Source: an uncultured Desulfovibrio sp.
GTDB taxonomy: Bacteria; Desulfobacterota; Desulfovibrionia; Desulfovibrionales; Desulfovibrionaceae
Direction: 5' to 3'
NCBI GenBank assembly: GCA_964517635.1
Contig: CAZFCC010000010.1
Location: forward strand, 7,812-71,811
DNA: 64,000 bases
This document shows positions 10,065-19,471 of the stretch, piece by piece. The notes under the pieces were generated by a model that was not told the DNA's origin, ran no database searches, and was given only the letters and a program-made list of their open reading frames with translations. How positions within the stretch are numbered: position 1 is the first letter of the stretch; each line of letters opens with the position of its first letter. Position numbers and translations under genes: made by a program.

Positions 10065-10571
10065 CTATTCAGCGGATCCGGCTGCTTCAGCGGGAGCTTC
10101 AGGAGCAGGCTCATCTTCATAGGTCTGCTGGTCGGACACAACCTTCACCGGCACCACTGCGACAACGGTGGGGTGCAGGCGCACGCGCACGGGGTGTTCG
10201 CCCAGAACGCGGATGGGAGCGTCCATCAGGATGCGGCGGCGGTCAACATCCACACCAAGGGCGGCGATGGTATCGCCGATGATGGTGGTGGTGACGGAGC
10301 CATACAGCTTGTTGTTGTCGCCCACATGCATGGTGATAACCACGTCAAGGGCTTCAAGACGAGCCTGCATGTCCAGGGCTTCAGCGCGCACGCTGTCCAT
10401 ATGGGCCTGGAGCTTTTTGCGTTCCTGTTCAAAAACTTTCAGGTTGGCCGGTGAGGCCACCATGGCCAAGCCCTGGGGCAGCAAAAAGTTGCGGCCATAA
10501 CCGGGCTTGACATCAACCAAATCACCAAGACTGCCGAGATTTTCCACGTCGGCGCGAAGTATCAGTTTCAT
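10065..10571 (-). CDS. rplI: 50S ribosomal protein L9
   Basis: MKLIL..DVENLG..GD.V.VKPGYGRNFL and KLYGSVT. Confidence 0.98.
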   Translation of the reverse strand: MKLILRADVENLGSLGDLVDVKPGYGRNFLLPQGLAMVASPANLKVFEQERKKLQAHMDSVRAEALDMQARLEALDVVITMHVGDNNKLYGSVTTTIIGDTIAALGVDVDRRRILMDAPIRVLGEHPVRVRLHPTVVAVVPVKVVSDQQTYEDEPAPEAPAEAAGSAE

Positions 10572-10581
10572 GTGCGCCTCC

Positions 10582-10845
10582 TTAGATGCTGCTCTTTTTC
10601 TGGACGCCGGAATCGTGCGTCGCGGTGTAAATGAGCAGGGCCATCTGACGGGCGCGCTTGATTTCGCGGGTCAGCAGGCGCTGGTGTTGCGCGCAGGTTC
10701 CGGTGATACGGCGGGCAATGATCTTGCCGCGCTCGGTGATGAAATCACGCAGGATATCAGGGCGCTTGTAGTTCAGGGGCAGGTCTTTGTCTGCGCAAAA
10801 GCGGCAGAACTTGCGACGCGGTGCAAACTTTTTCTTAAAGGCCAT
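10582..10845 (-). CDS. rpsR: 30S ribosomal protein S18
   Basis: CRFC zinc-type motif, [14 protein letters not shown] and HQR.L.REIKRAR. Confidence 0.98.
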   Translation of the reverse strand: MAFKKKFAPRRKFCRFCADKDLPLNYKRPDILRDFITERGKIIARRITGTCAQHQRLLTREIKRARQMALLIYTATHDSGVQKKSSI

Positions 10846-11154
10846 TTACGCAACCTCCCCGGCAACTTCATCGGCCAGCTTGACGGTCACAAACTTGAAG
10901 ACGCTGTCGTTCATGCGAATGTTACGTTCGAGCTCAGCCACCAGAGGAGCCGGGCCCTGATACACCAGACGCACATAGTAACCGCGCATCAGCTTGCGCA
11001 CCGGGTAAGCGAGGTCGCGCATACCCCAAGTGTCCACTTCTTCCATAACGCCCTTTTCGCGCTCGATAATACCGGTGAGCGTAGTAACAACGCCCTCGCG
11101 GTTATCGGGGGAAAGCTCCGGCGAAAGGAGCAGCAGGGTTTCAAATTTCCGCAT
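10846..11154 (-). CDS. rpsF: 30S ribosomal protein S6
   Basis: MRKFETLLLL, WG.R.LAYPV.K and GYY; ATG after GGAG. Confidence 0.97.
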   Translation of the reverse strand: MRKFETLLLLSPELSPDNREGVVTTLTGIIEREKGVMEEVDTWGMRDLAYPVRKLMRGYYVRLVYQGPAPLVAELERNIRMNDSVFKFVTVKLADEVAGEVA

Positions 11155-11211
11155 TGTAATTCTCCTTGTGGATTTACAGCCCGCACACACAGGTACGGGC
11201 AAGGAACGTGT

Positions 11212-11240
11212 TGTATACTGCCCGCTCTGCGCCCTGTCAA
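11212..11240 (-). promoter_or_regulatory. sigma70 promoter of rpsF-rpsR-rplI-dnaB
   Basis: Minus strand TTGACA-N17-TATACA, ~58 bp upstream of the rpsF ATG. Confidence 0.75.
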
Positions 11241-11294
11241 GGAACAATACCGCATGAAGCAGAATGAACGCAGATGCCCGGCGCTCATGTCGCT

Positions 11295-11340
11295 GGTCAG
11301 GGTTTCGCGGTCAGGGCTTCGCGGTCAGGGCTTCGCGGTT
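11295..11340. repeat. 14-bp tandem repeat (GGTCAGGGYTTCGC) x3
   Basis: Read directly from the sequence. Confidence 0.9.
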
Positions 11341-11441
11341 TGGGGCTGGCGACAAGGCGTAGCGGCCATCGCAACCAGAGGATGGCGGCCAGGGGCTGGC
11401 GACAAGGCACAGGACAGGGCGCAGCGGCCAAGGCTTCGCAA

Positions 11442-12341
11442 TCAGGGCATATGCGCGGGTTTTTCGGTCAAAAAACTGTAGTCGTCCACAATCCAATCAT
11501 GGAGAGCCGGCACGCCCTCATCCTCGACCCGCACCCAAGAGCCCTGCCCATCACAATCTGTCAGCCACACCTGCACAAAGCGCAGGCGCAGGGCAAGCCG
11601 CCGCAATGTAGCGCTATAAAGCCCCTCCACACAGTGACAAACCACAGGGGCCACGCAACGCCTGCGCCCCGGCCTGTTGAGCACAACGCAAAGCAACATC
11701 TGCGTGCCGGCCAGCCTGTGGTAGCGGTCTTGCGCGGCCACATCGTCCATTTCAAGGCGCGCTCCGCCCGCAGAGATATTCACCAGCCGCAGCGAGCCCG
11801 AATTGTCCTCGCGAAAACAAAAATCAGGTGAACCCAGTTCGCGCCAATGCGAGGGCAGCTTGCTCCGCAACCACAAATCCACAGAGCGCACCATACCCGC
11901 TGACGGAAACACCCGCTCATGCTTGCGCAAAGCTCGCTGCACATAAGCCTCGGGCCTGCCGACCTTGAGCTCACACTGTCGGCTTTCCGGGTTCAACTGA
12001 TTATGAATGATATGGGTTTTGCACAAAAAACCCTTCCGCGCTTCACTGGGTGGCATCTTGAAAACATGCGCAAGAAGGGTGCGCGGCAGGTTGAAATAAA
12101 TAAGGCACTGCTCGTCGTTAAGGGCGTCGGGCAGAAAATTGATGTTGGACACAAGCTGTATACCGGACGGCCCCATACTTTGGATACGGCAATACACATT
12201 GTCCATCTGGCGATTGCGATTGATAAACAGAACCTCTACGCAGACCTGATGCGCAAAGGCCGCATCAAGCACCATTCCAACAGAGGGCTTTTTGACGGCA
12301 GCATGCCCGACAGCACGCTTAAAACGATTGAAGAAAAGCAT
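11442..12341 (-). CDS. PilZ-domain-like protein (putative c-di-GMP receptor)
   Basis: QRALRKHER (RxxxR) and NISAGG (D/NxSxxG) motifs; start uncertain. Confidence 0.65.
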   Translation of the reverse strand: MLFFNRFKRAVGHAAVKKPSVGMVLDAAFAHQVCVEVLFINRNRQMDNVYCRIQSMGPSGIQLVSNINFLPDALNDEQCLIYFNLPRTLLAHVFKMPPSEARKGFLCKTHIIHNQLNPESRQCELKVGRPEAYVQRALRKHERVFPSAGMVRSVDLWLRSKLPSHWRELGSPDFCFREDNSGSLRLVNISAGGARLEMDDVAAQDRYHRLAGTQMLLCVVLNRPGRRRCVAPVVCHCVEGLYSATLRRLALRLRFVQVWLTDCDGQGSWVRVEDEGVPALHDWIVDDYSFLTEKPAHMP

Positions 12342-12546
12342 TTCCTGCCTCTTGCGGGCTGCCCCTTTTTCGTGTCCGAAAGCGCATGCCAGAACATCTA
12401 GCCAGCATGAAAACAATACTTAGTTATTCCGGCATACGTTTTTTGTCAAACATCCGCCCCGCACAAGCAGAGGGGCATATGCCTTATAAACCGGCTACAT
12501 ACGCCAATGCTTGCATACCAGGGCTCTTGCATATACTGTGCGCGGC

Positions 12547-13686
12547 ATGTCCGACTCCATCTTTACCATAGAACATACCGACGGGGCCGCCCGAGCAGGA
12601 ACCCTGCGCACTGCCCACGGCACTATCCCCACGCCCATCTTCATGCCCGTAGGCACGGTAGGCACGGTCAAGGCCATTGCCCCTGACGACCTGGCCGCCA
12701 TCGGCGCACCCGTCATACTCGGCAACACCTACCACCTTTATCTGCGCCCCGGCGACGAGCTGGTGGGCCGGCGCGGCGGCCTGCACGAATTCGCCGCATG
12801 GCCCGGCTCCATTCTCACGGACAGCGGCGGCTTTCAGGTGTTCAGCCTCAGCTCGCTGCGCAAGATTCGCGAAGAAGGGGTGGAGTTCCGTTCGCATCTT
12901 GACGGTTCGCGCCATCTGTTCACCCCCGAAAAGGTGCTGCAGATCCAGCGCAACCTCAACTCAGACATCATGATGGTGCTCGACGAGTGCGTGCCCTACG
13001 GCGCGGACTATGACTATACCGAAAAATCCCTGGCCCTCACCACGCGGTGGGCATTGCGCGCCCGGGCTGCCTACCCGGCAGGCACAGCGCACAACCTGCT
13101 CTTCGCCATTACCCAGGGCGGCTTTCACAAAGACCTGCGCACGCGCTCCATCGAAGAACTTTGCGGCCTTGATTTTGACGGCTTTGCCATCGGCGGCCTT
13201 TCAGTGGGAGAACCCAAAGACCAGATGTACGACCTGCTCTATCACACAGCCCCCCAGCTGCCCGGCCACAAGCCCCGCTACCTTATGGGCGTGGGAACGC
13301 CGCTCGATATCGCCAATGGCATCAACGCCGGCATTGACATGTTCGACTGCGTGCTGCCCACCCGCAACGCGCGCAATGGCACGCTCTATACCTCGGAAGG
13401 CAAAATAAACATCAGGCGCAAGCAGTTTGCCGAAGACGACGGCCCCCTGGATCCCAACTGCAGCTGCTACACCTGCCGCACCTTTTCGCGTGCCTACCTG
13501 CGACACCTCTACGCCAGCCAGGAACTGCTCTCTTTTCGCCTCAACTCCCTGCACAACCTCACGTACTTCCTCGATCTGGCCCGCAATGCGCGCCAAGCCA
13601 TTATTGAAGGACGCTACGCCTCCTTTCTTGCGGGCATTGAAGCGCTCTACCCCGATGAGGCGGCAAGGGCAGCGGCCGGGGCGTAA
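12547..13686 (+). CDS. tgt: Queuine tRNA-ribosyltransferase
   Basis: [44 protein letters not shown] and C-x-C-x2-C zinc site. Confidence 0.97.
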   Translation: MSDSIFTIEHTDGAARAGTLRTAHGTIPTPIFMPVGTVGTVKAIAPDDLAAIGAPVILGNTYHLYLRPGDELVGRRGGLHEFAAWPGSILTDSGGFQVFSLSSLRKIREEGVEFRSHLDGSRHLFTPEKVLQIQRNLNSDIMMVLDECVPYGADYDYTEKSLALTTRWALRARAAYPAGTAHNLLFAITQGGFHKDLRTRSIEELCGLDFDGFAIGGLSVGEPKDQMYDLLYHTAPQLPGHKPRYLMGVGTPLDIANGINAGIDMFDCVLPTRNARNGTLYTSEGKINIRRKQFAEDDGPLDPNCSCYTCRTFSRAYLRHLYASQELLSFRLNSLHNLTYFLDLARNARQAIIEGRYASFLAGIEALYPDEAARAAAGA

Positions 13687-13716
13687 CGCCCACAGGAATA
13701 CACGTTTCGTACGAAT

Positions 13717-13740
13717 AAAAGCCCGCTTCAGGGCTTTTTT
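13717..13740 (+). terminator. Intrinsic terminator after tgt
   Basis: AAAAGCCC-gcttca-GGGCTTTT followed by Ts. Confidence 0.8.
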
Positions 13741-13748
13741 ACTTGGCA

Positions 13749-13866
13749 ATGCTTTGTGGGGGAGGGGCTTTTTGGAGCAAGTACAGTCGGAAATGCTTTG
13801 TGGGGGAGGGGCCCTTTTGAAAAAGGGCCCCTCCCCCACACCCCCACCCCCTAAAACTTTTATTTC
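13749..13866 (-). repeat. REP-like element, family A copy 3, with an extra half-unit
   Basis: aatgctttgtgggggagggg occurs twice, then hairpin and ccacacccccaccccctaaaac. Confidence 0.85.
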
Positions 13867-14072
13867 TGTTTCAGTCAGACACGAAAATACTTCTATCAGG
13901 CACAGGCACCCTTCAATCTGGCGCGAACAGCCTTCTGCCCCTGAAACAGGAGTGCGGCACGGGGCCGGGCCGCCTTTGCCCCCTGCCCCTTCCTGTGGCA
14001 TACTGCCCGCGAACAGCCGCCAGGCGACACAGCGCCACAAAAACGGGCGGGACAAGCCAGCAAGAGGTTCGC

Positions 14073-15773
14073 ATGCAAGCCAGCCACAAGTATTCCCTTA
14101 CCCCTTCCACCGGCAGCAACCCGCTGAGCCTGCGGGGCATGGTCACAAGCCCCCACTATCTGGCGTCGCAGGCCGGGCGCGACATCCTGCGCGCAGGCGG
14201 CACAGCTGTGGACGCGGCCATCGCCGCAGCCGCCGTGCTTTCTGTGGTCTATCCGCACATGTGCGGCATTGGCGGCGATAATTTCTGGCTCATATACGAT
14301 GCGGCCTCGCAAAAACTACGCGCCCTTAACGGCAGTGGCCGCGCCGCGCAGGCAGCCACCACAGGCCTGTATACCGAGCGCGGCCACAAGGCCGTGCCCA
14401 CGCGCGGGCCGCTGGCTGCCATTACGGTTCCCGGCGCTGTGTCGGGCTGGGCAGCGGCCTTTGACCACAGCAAAAAGCATATGGCCTCGCCCCTGAGCTG
14501 GGCCGACCTGCTGGCATCCGCCCGCGAGCATGCCGAAAACGGCTTTGCCGTTTCGCATTCCCTGGCAGGCAGCCTGACCCTTGTCAGCAGCGGCAAGCCC
14601 AATTACTGCCTGACCGATTGCCCCGAATTCCGCGAGCTTTTCTGCACGCCCGACGGGCGCGCTCCGGCCTTTGCCTCAGTTTTGCGCCAACCGCACCTTG
14701 CACGCACCCTCGCCCGCCTGGCAGAGCAAGGGCCAGAAGAATTTTACCGCGGCGACACAGCCCAGGCCATTATCACCGCCATGCAGCGCCACGGCGGGCT
14801 GCTCGCGCAAGATGACCTGAGCAGCCACACGGCCGACTGGGCCGAGCCCCTGCGCGTGGACTACCGGGGCTACACGGCCTGCACGCCGCCCCCCAACTGC
14901 CAGGGGCTGGCTACGCTTGAAATTCTTAACATCCTCAATCAGATGGATGTCGCGGCTTTGGGTGAAGGCACGGCCGACTACTATCACGTCATGGCCGAAG
15001 CCACGCGCGAGGCCTTCATTGACCGCCAACACTACCTCACAGACCCGGACTTTGCCCACATTCCCACGGACAGGCTGCTTTCGCCAGAACACGCGCGCCA
15101 ACAGGCCGCGCGCATCCGCATGGATAAAAGCGCCGGGCCCCTCCCCCCCCTGCCCCCTGGTGGCGACACCATCTGGCTTGGCGTGGTGGACGCGTGGGGC
15201 AATGCGGTGTCACTCATCCAGAGCATTTACCACGAATTCGGCTCGGGCCTTGTGGCACACGGCGCGGGCTTTGTGTTGCAAAACCGGGGCTGCGCCTTTG
15301 CCCTTGAAACGGGCCACGTCAACAGCCTTCAGCCCGGCAAGCGCACCCTGCACACCCTGACGCCAGCCATGCTGCTCAAAAACGACAAACCCCACCTCGT
15401 TTACGGCAGCATGGGCGGCGACGGCCAACCGCAAACCATTGCGGCCATGACCACCCGCATGGTGGACTTTGGCATGGATCCGCAAGATGCCGTTAATGCG
15501 CCGCGCTGGCTGCTGGGCCGGAGCTGGGGGGCGGAATCCAACGACCTCAAGCTTGAGGGCCGCATTGCCGAAAATATTGCGCGCGACCTGGAAGGGCGCG
15601 GGCATGAAGTGCGGCGTATGCCTGATTTTTCAGAACTGTTGGGCCATGCCGGGGCCATCATGCGGCGGCCGGGCGCGGCCGGGCCCAGTGAATCCGGGCC
15701 CAGTGAGTCTGAACCAGATGTCTGGCAGGGCGCTACAGACCCGCGCGGCGACGGGCAGGTGGCCGCGCTGTAA
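14073..15773 (+). CDS. ggt: Gamma-glutamyltransferase-family Ntn hydrolase (HpxW/YwrD-like)
   Basis: GGTAVDAAIAAAAVLSVVYPHMCGIGGDNF, nucleophile GDT, QSIYHEFGSG and GSMGGDGQPQT. Confidence 0.9.
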   Translation: MQASHKYSLTPSTGSNPLSLRGMVTSPHYLASQAGRDILRAGGTAVDAAIAAAAVLSVVYPHMCGIGGDNFWLIYDAASQKLRALNGSGRAAQAATTGLYTERGHKAVPTRGPLAAITVPGAVSGWAAAFDHSKKHMASPLSWADLLASAREHAENGFAVSHSLAGSLTLVSSGKPNYCLTDCPEFRELFCTPDGRAPAFASVLRQPHLARTLARLAEQGPEEFYRGDTAQAIITAMQRHGGLLAQDDLSSHTADWAEPLRVDYRGYTACTPPPNCQGLATLEILNILNQMDVAALGEGTADYYHVMAEATREAFIDRQHYLTDPDFAHIPTDRLLSPEHARQQAARIRMDKSAGPLPPLPPGGDTIWLGVVDAWGNAVSLIQSIYHEFGSGLVAHGAGFVLQNRGCAFALETGHVNSLQPGKRTLHTLTPAMLLKNDKPHLVYGSMGGDGQPQTIAAMTTRMVDFGMDPQDAVNAPRWLLGRSWGAESNDLKLEGRIAENIARDLEGRGHEVRRMPDFSELLGHAGAIMRRPGAAGPSESGPSESEPDVWQGATDPRGDGQVAAL

Positions 15774-15945
15774 CAAACGAACCACGCCAGCCACGCGGTC
15801 ACGACGACCGCGGCAGGATTGCTGGCAGCGGCAACGGCCAGGCAACAGCGCAGTCACAAACGCAGCCACGCCAGTCACGGCAGGATTGCCGGGCGCGGCG
15901 CAAACCTGCCGGGCCAGAACCCCAAGCACGCACAAAAAATCAAAC

Positions 15946-15981
15946 AAAAGGCCCCGGACACGCTCATGTCCGGGGCCTTTT
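15946..15981. terminator. Bidirectional terminator between convergent genes
   Basis: AAAAGGCCCCGGACA-cgctca-TGTCCGGGGCCTTTT perfect stem. Confidence 0.85.
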
Positions 15982-16092
15982 GCCTGTAACATTCATTTTG
16001 CCAACGTAGCCCGCGCGGCTAACAACGGCCAGATGCAGCTTGCTGTTGAGACAGCGCATGGCCTGCGCGGCGCGGCTTGTGCCCCGCCTGCC

Positions 16093-16205
16093 TCAGGTCA
16101 GGAGACTTTCTGCAACAGATTGAATAAAAATAAAGGTTTTAGGGGGTGGGGGCGTGGGGGAGGAGCCCCTTTTGTAAAAGGGGCCCTCCCCCACAAAATA
16201 CTTCA
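16093..16205 (+). repeat. REP-like element, family A copy 4
   Basis: tcaggtcaggagactttctgcaacagattga leader plus G-run plus hairpin. Confidence 0.85.
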
Positions 16206-16237
16206 AGCGCAAGCCACGCCCTGTCAGCAGATCTGCG

Positions 16238-16519
16238 CTAGCTGATCCAGCTCCCCAGGGCATCCACAATCTTGCGGGCCTGTTCAGCGCTGGAAATGGT
16301 AAATTTGGACTGCTGGCGGTATTCGCCGCCAGATTTCTTGTAGCGCCGAATGACGTATATGTCCGGCCCAAAATCATCCTTTTCCGGCTGCCATTGCTGA
16401 TAACGGAACAAAATGGTCGTCCACAGGCCCTTGCTCAGCACAACCTTGTCCAGTTCGTTAATAATGACCTGGCCGTTTTCTTCAAACTGTACGGTAAGAT
16501 CGTCAATAGTCTCGTTCAA
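16238..16519 (-). CDS. Hypothetical protein, 93 aa (possible PC4/whirly-like fold)
   Basis: TTG start 6 nt after GGGAGA; beta-rich pattern with a C-terminal helix. Confidence 0.75.
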   Translation of the reverse strand: MNETIDDLTVQFEENGQVIINELDKVVLSKGLWTTILFRYQQWQPEKDDFGPDIYVIRRYKKSGGEYRQQSKFTISSAEQARKIVDALGSWIS

Positions 16520-16567
16520 GATATTTCTCCCTGCGGAGCCTCATGGCCGCCCCCGACGGGGCGGAAT

Positions 16568-16798
16568 TTATCCGGCGTAATTGGCCAGCATGCCTTTGAC
16601 ATTTTCAGGAAGCTCGAGCGCTTTGACAACCATTTCCGTAGGGCCGGGGCCATACGCACTGGCGGCAATCGCCCCGGAGGCAGACAGGGCCATCATACGT
16701 TCGACCATGGTCAGCTCTCTGCCCGCAGCTATCTTGTTGCCGAGGATGCTCAGAACATTTTCGCTGATTCTCAGCGGACTGACAGTGTGGAACTTCAT
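16568..16798 (-). CDS. Hypothetical protein, 76 aa
   Basis: Strong RBS (GAAGGAGG) upstream of the ATG; host-like codon use. Confidence 0.7.
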   Translation of the reverse strand: MKFHTVSPLRISENVLSILGNKIAAGRELTMVERMMALSASGAIAASAYGPGPTEMVVKALELPENVKGMLANYAG

Positions 16799-16952
16799 AG
16801 TATGCTGCCTCCTTCAGTTTCTGAATATGCAAGGCTACAATTTTCGCCGCCATCCCGCAAGGGGCTGAATGCGGCCGCAAAATAGCGAAAAACCCAGCCG
16901 GAGTGGCCGAAGATGCCTGTGCACCGTTATTTTTACGCGCGGCAGCCAAAGC

Positions 16953-18485
16953 TTATTGGCGCAGCAGCATAAGGGCGTAACGTTCCACCGGAGCAAAATC
17001 GTCGGTCAGGGGCGGCGTAGTAAAATCCAGCGAGCCTGTGTATCGCTTGGTCAGCATGTTTTTTACAGATTCTTGCTCGGCTGATGCGGCGTCCTTGCCG
17101 TCAGCCACTGCGGGCGCGACGTTATTTCTTTTTTCAGGAAAAGCCGCCACCATGAGGTTCTGCACTTCGTCGGGCCTGTCGGGCCGCGACACGCAGTAAA
17201 CCTGCACCTCGGCGAACGATGCGGCCAAGGCCTTGAAAATACTTTGAAACAGGCGCCCGTCCTCTCCTTCCACAGCGGAAATGACATTCATGAGCAGGGC
17301 CCCGCCCGGAGCCACGGCCCGGCGCAAGGCCTGCGCCGCCTCGACGGTTCCCATCTGAAAGGGAACTGCATAGTGCGAATTGAACACATCCACAAAAACC
17401 AGGTCAAAGCGCTCGTCCTGCCTGTTCAGAAAGGCGCGGGCGTCTTCGTGGCGCACGGAAAGACGAGGATCGTCGCCCAGGGAAAACCAGCGCCGGGCCA
17501 CGTCCGTCATGGCCGGGTCAATTTCCACAACAGTCATGCGCACATCCTCGGGGGCAGACAGGGCCGACTTGCCCGCCAGGATCCACTTGGGCACGGAATA
17601 ACCCCCGCCGCCCAGCATGAGGATGGAGCGCGCATGGGGCACAAAGCTGGGGCCCAGCGCATAAAAACGCGTGTATTGAAAATAGAGATCTTCCGGCGCG
17701 TCGAGGTACATGCCCGACTGGCTGTAGCCCGGATCAGTGGCCATAAGCCGCACGGCGCGGCCGCCCTCGCCCCAGTCAGTGGCTTCGTAAATACGGATAC
17801 TGTTATAGGGGCTTTCCACAAGGTGCGTATTGCTTCTGTCATCGCGCCAAGCGCCGTACATGCCGTTTATGCCGGTTCCGAAAATACAGAGCACCAGCAG
17901 CGCCGCCCTGCCCTTGGCCCCTCCAGGCGCATTGCACAGCGAAAGGGCCAGCATGCCCACGGCCACCCCCCACAAGATGGACGAGCTGCCAAAAAACGAT
18001 ATGAGCACAAAGCCGCCCAAAAAAGTTCCCAGAATGCTGCCCGCGGTGGAAAGGGCATACAAACGCCCCACTGTGGCCCCGGAGGTGTCCAGGCTGCCGA
18101 TGCGCAGGCGGATGGCATAGGGGCTTATCATGCCGAAAAAAAAGGCGGGCAAGGCGAAAATTCCCACGGCTGCGGCCACTGCCGCCACATACAAATTGCC
18201 GATGCCCCCAGTCACCCACTGGCCCACCAGCGAATGACACAGGGCCGTTAGTGCGCTGCCGCCTCCGGCTCCGGCCAGAGCCAAGGCAAGGCCCCTGCGG
18301 GAAAGATGCCTGTCGGCCATGCGACCGCCCGCCCAGGCGCCCAAAGCCAGACAGGCCAGCACCACGCCGATAAGGCTCGTCCAGACAATGGCCGATGTTC
18401 CCACATATGGCGCCAGCACGCGCGCCCCAACCATTTCCAGCACCATGACCAGCGCGCCGCTAAAAAAGACTGTCAGTTCCAGCAT
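16953..18485 (-). CDS. Fused membrane domain / spermidine-synthase-like methyltransferase
   Basis: N-terminal TMs with MVLEMVGARVLAPYVG and VGRLYALSTAGSILGTF; C-terminal LMLGGGG, VVEIDP, DARAFL and LTDDFAPVE. Confidence 0.88.
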   Translation of the reverse strand: MLELTVFFSGALVMVLEMVGARVLAPYVGTSAIVWTSLIGVVLACLALGAWAGGRMADRHLSRRGLALALAGAGGGSALTALCHSLVGQWVTGGIGNLYVAAVAAAVGIFALPAFFFGMISPYAIRLRIGSLDTSGATVGRLYALSTAGSILGTFLGGFVLISFFGSSSILWGVAVGMLALSLCNAPGGAKGRAALLVLCIFGTGINGMYGAWRDDRSNTHLVESPYNSIRIYEATDWGEGGRAVRLMATDPGYSQSGMYLDAPEDLYFQYTRFYALGPSFVPHARSILMLGGGGYSVPKWILAGKSALSAPEDVRMTVVEIDPAMTDVARRWFSLGDDPRLSVRHEDARAFLNRQDERFDLVFVDVFNSHYAVPFQMGTVEAAQALRRAVAPGGALLMNVISAVEGEDGRLFQSIFKALAASFAEVQVYCVSRPDRPDEVQNLMVAAFPEKRNNVAPAVADGKDAASAEQESVKNMLTKRYTGSLDFTTPPLTDDFAPVERYALMLLRQ

Positions 18486-18619
18486 GGCATTCCTTTTCGG
18501 GTTCTCTGTCCGGGATCAGGCAATACAAATCCTGTTGCAGCAACAGAACAACTGACCTCCTGTCGCACGGCGCAGATGGCACGACGCCACCCGGCCGAAA
18601 AATTCTCCACAAGACGCGG

Positions 18620-18748
18620 CTGCCCGGCACAAGGGCTGCCCGGCACAAGGGCTGCCCGGCACAAGGGCTGCCCATCACAAAGACTGCCCAGCCAAGACGC
18701 TCGGCCGCAAGGCTGCTCAGTCGCAAGGGTTGCCCGGCCGCAAGGCTG
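18620..18748. repeat. 16-bp tandem array (CTGCCCGGCACAAGGG): 3 perfect plus ~5 degenerate units
   Basis: Read directly from the sequence. Confidence 0.9.
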
Positions 18749-18753
18749 TTCAC

Positions 18754-19347
18754 TCAGAAGGCAGTTGGCACAAGATCAGCCCGGTCACGCCGCGCGGCAA
18801 AAAAATCACGCAGCAAGGCCGCGCACTCTTCACCGCGCACGCCCCCCATATGCCAGAGGCTGTGGTTGGCGCTTTGGGCATCAAAATATTCCGCGCGGGA
18901 TACAACGGCTCCGGCCAGATCATCCGCCGCTCCATAAACAAGCCCGGCCAGGCGGGCATGAATGCAGGCCGCCGCGCACATGGCGCACGGTTCCAGAGTG
19001 ACCACCAGCACGCAGCCTCCGAGCCGATAATTGCCAAGCGCCTGACCAGCCCTGCGCAAAGCCAGTATTTCGGCATGGGCCGTGGGATCGTTCAGGGCCA
19101 CCGGGGCATTGGCCGCCTCGGCCAGCACCCTGCCGTCAGGCGCAACCAGCACAGCCCCCACGGGAACTTCCCCAGCGGAGGCAGCGCAGCGCGCCTGATC
19201 AAGGGCGCGGCCCATGAGCTGATCCCAGCTGTGGCCGGGCGGAGCCGCAGGCACAGGCCCGGCAGGCGCAAAAGCGCGAAATCCCCCGTCCCGGGGGCGC
19301 AGCCCACCGGGAAAGGGGAAAGAAACATCCGCCAAGTCAGGCCCCAT
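18754..19347 (-). CDS. tadA: tRNA-specific adenosine deaminase
   Basis: GEVPVGAVLV, DPTAHAE, TLEPCAMC; start uncertain. Confidence 0.88.
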   Translation of the reverse strand: MGPDLADVSFPFPGGLRPRDGGFRAFAPAGPVPAAPPGHSWDQLMGRALDQARCAASAGEVPVGAVLVAPDGRVLAEAANAPVALNDPTAHAEILALRRAGQALGNYRLGGCVLVVTLEPCAMCAAACIHARLAGLVYGAADDLAGAVVSRAEYFDAQSANHSLWHMGGVRGEECAALLRDFFAARRDRADLVPTAF

Positions 19348-19356
19348 ACAGCATCC

Positions 19357-19471
19357 TAGAGCATACGCTTCAAATGATTGCTTACCGGCCAGCAAAGCCG
19401 CCCAACAATCATTTGGCGACAATGATTTGGAGACAAAACCTTGTAGAACATTTCAAGGGTGCAATGCTCTA
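19357..19471 (+). repeat. MITE-like element, family C type 1 (115 bp)
   Basis: TAGAGCA...TGCTCTA termini; the right terminus is the TAG stop of the LOG gene. Confidence 0.75.
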
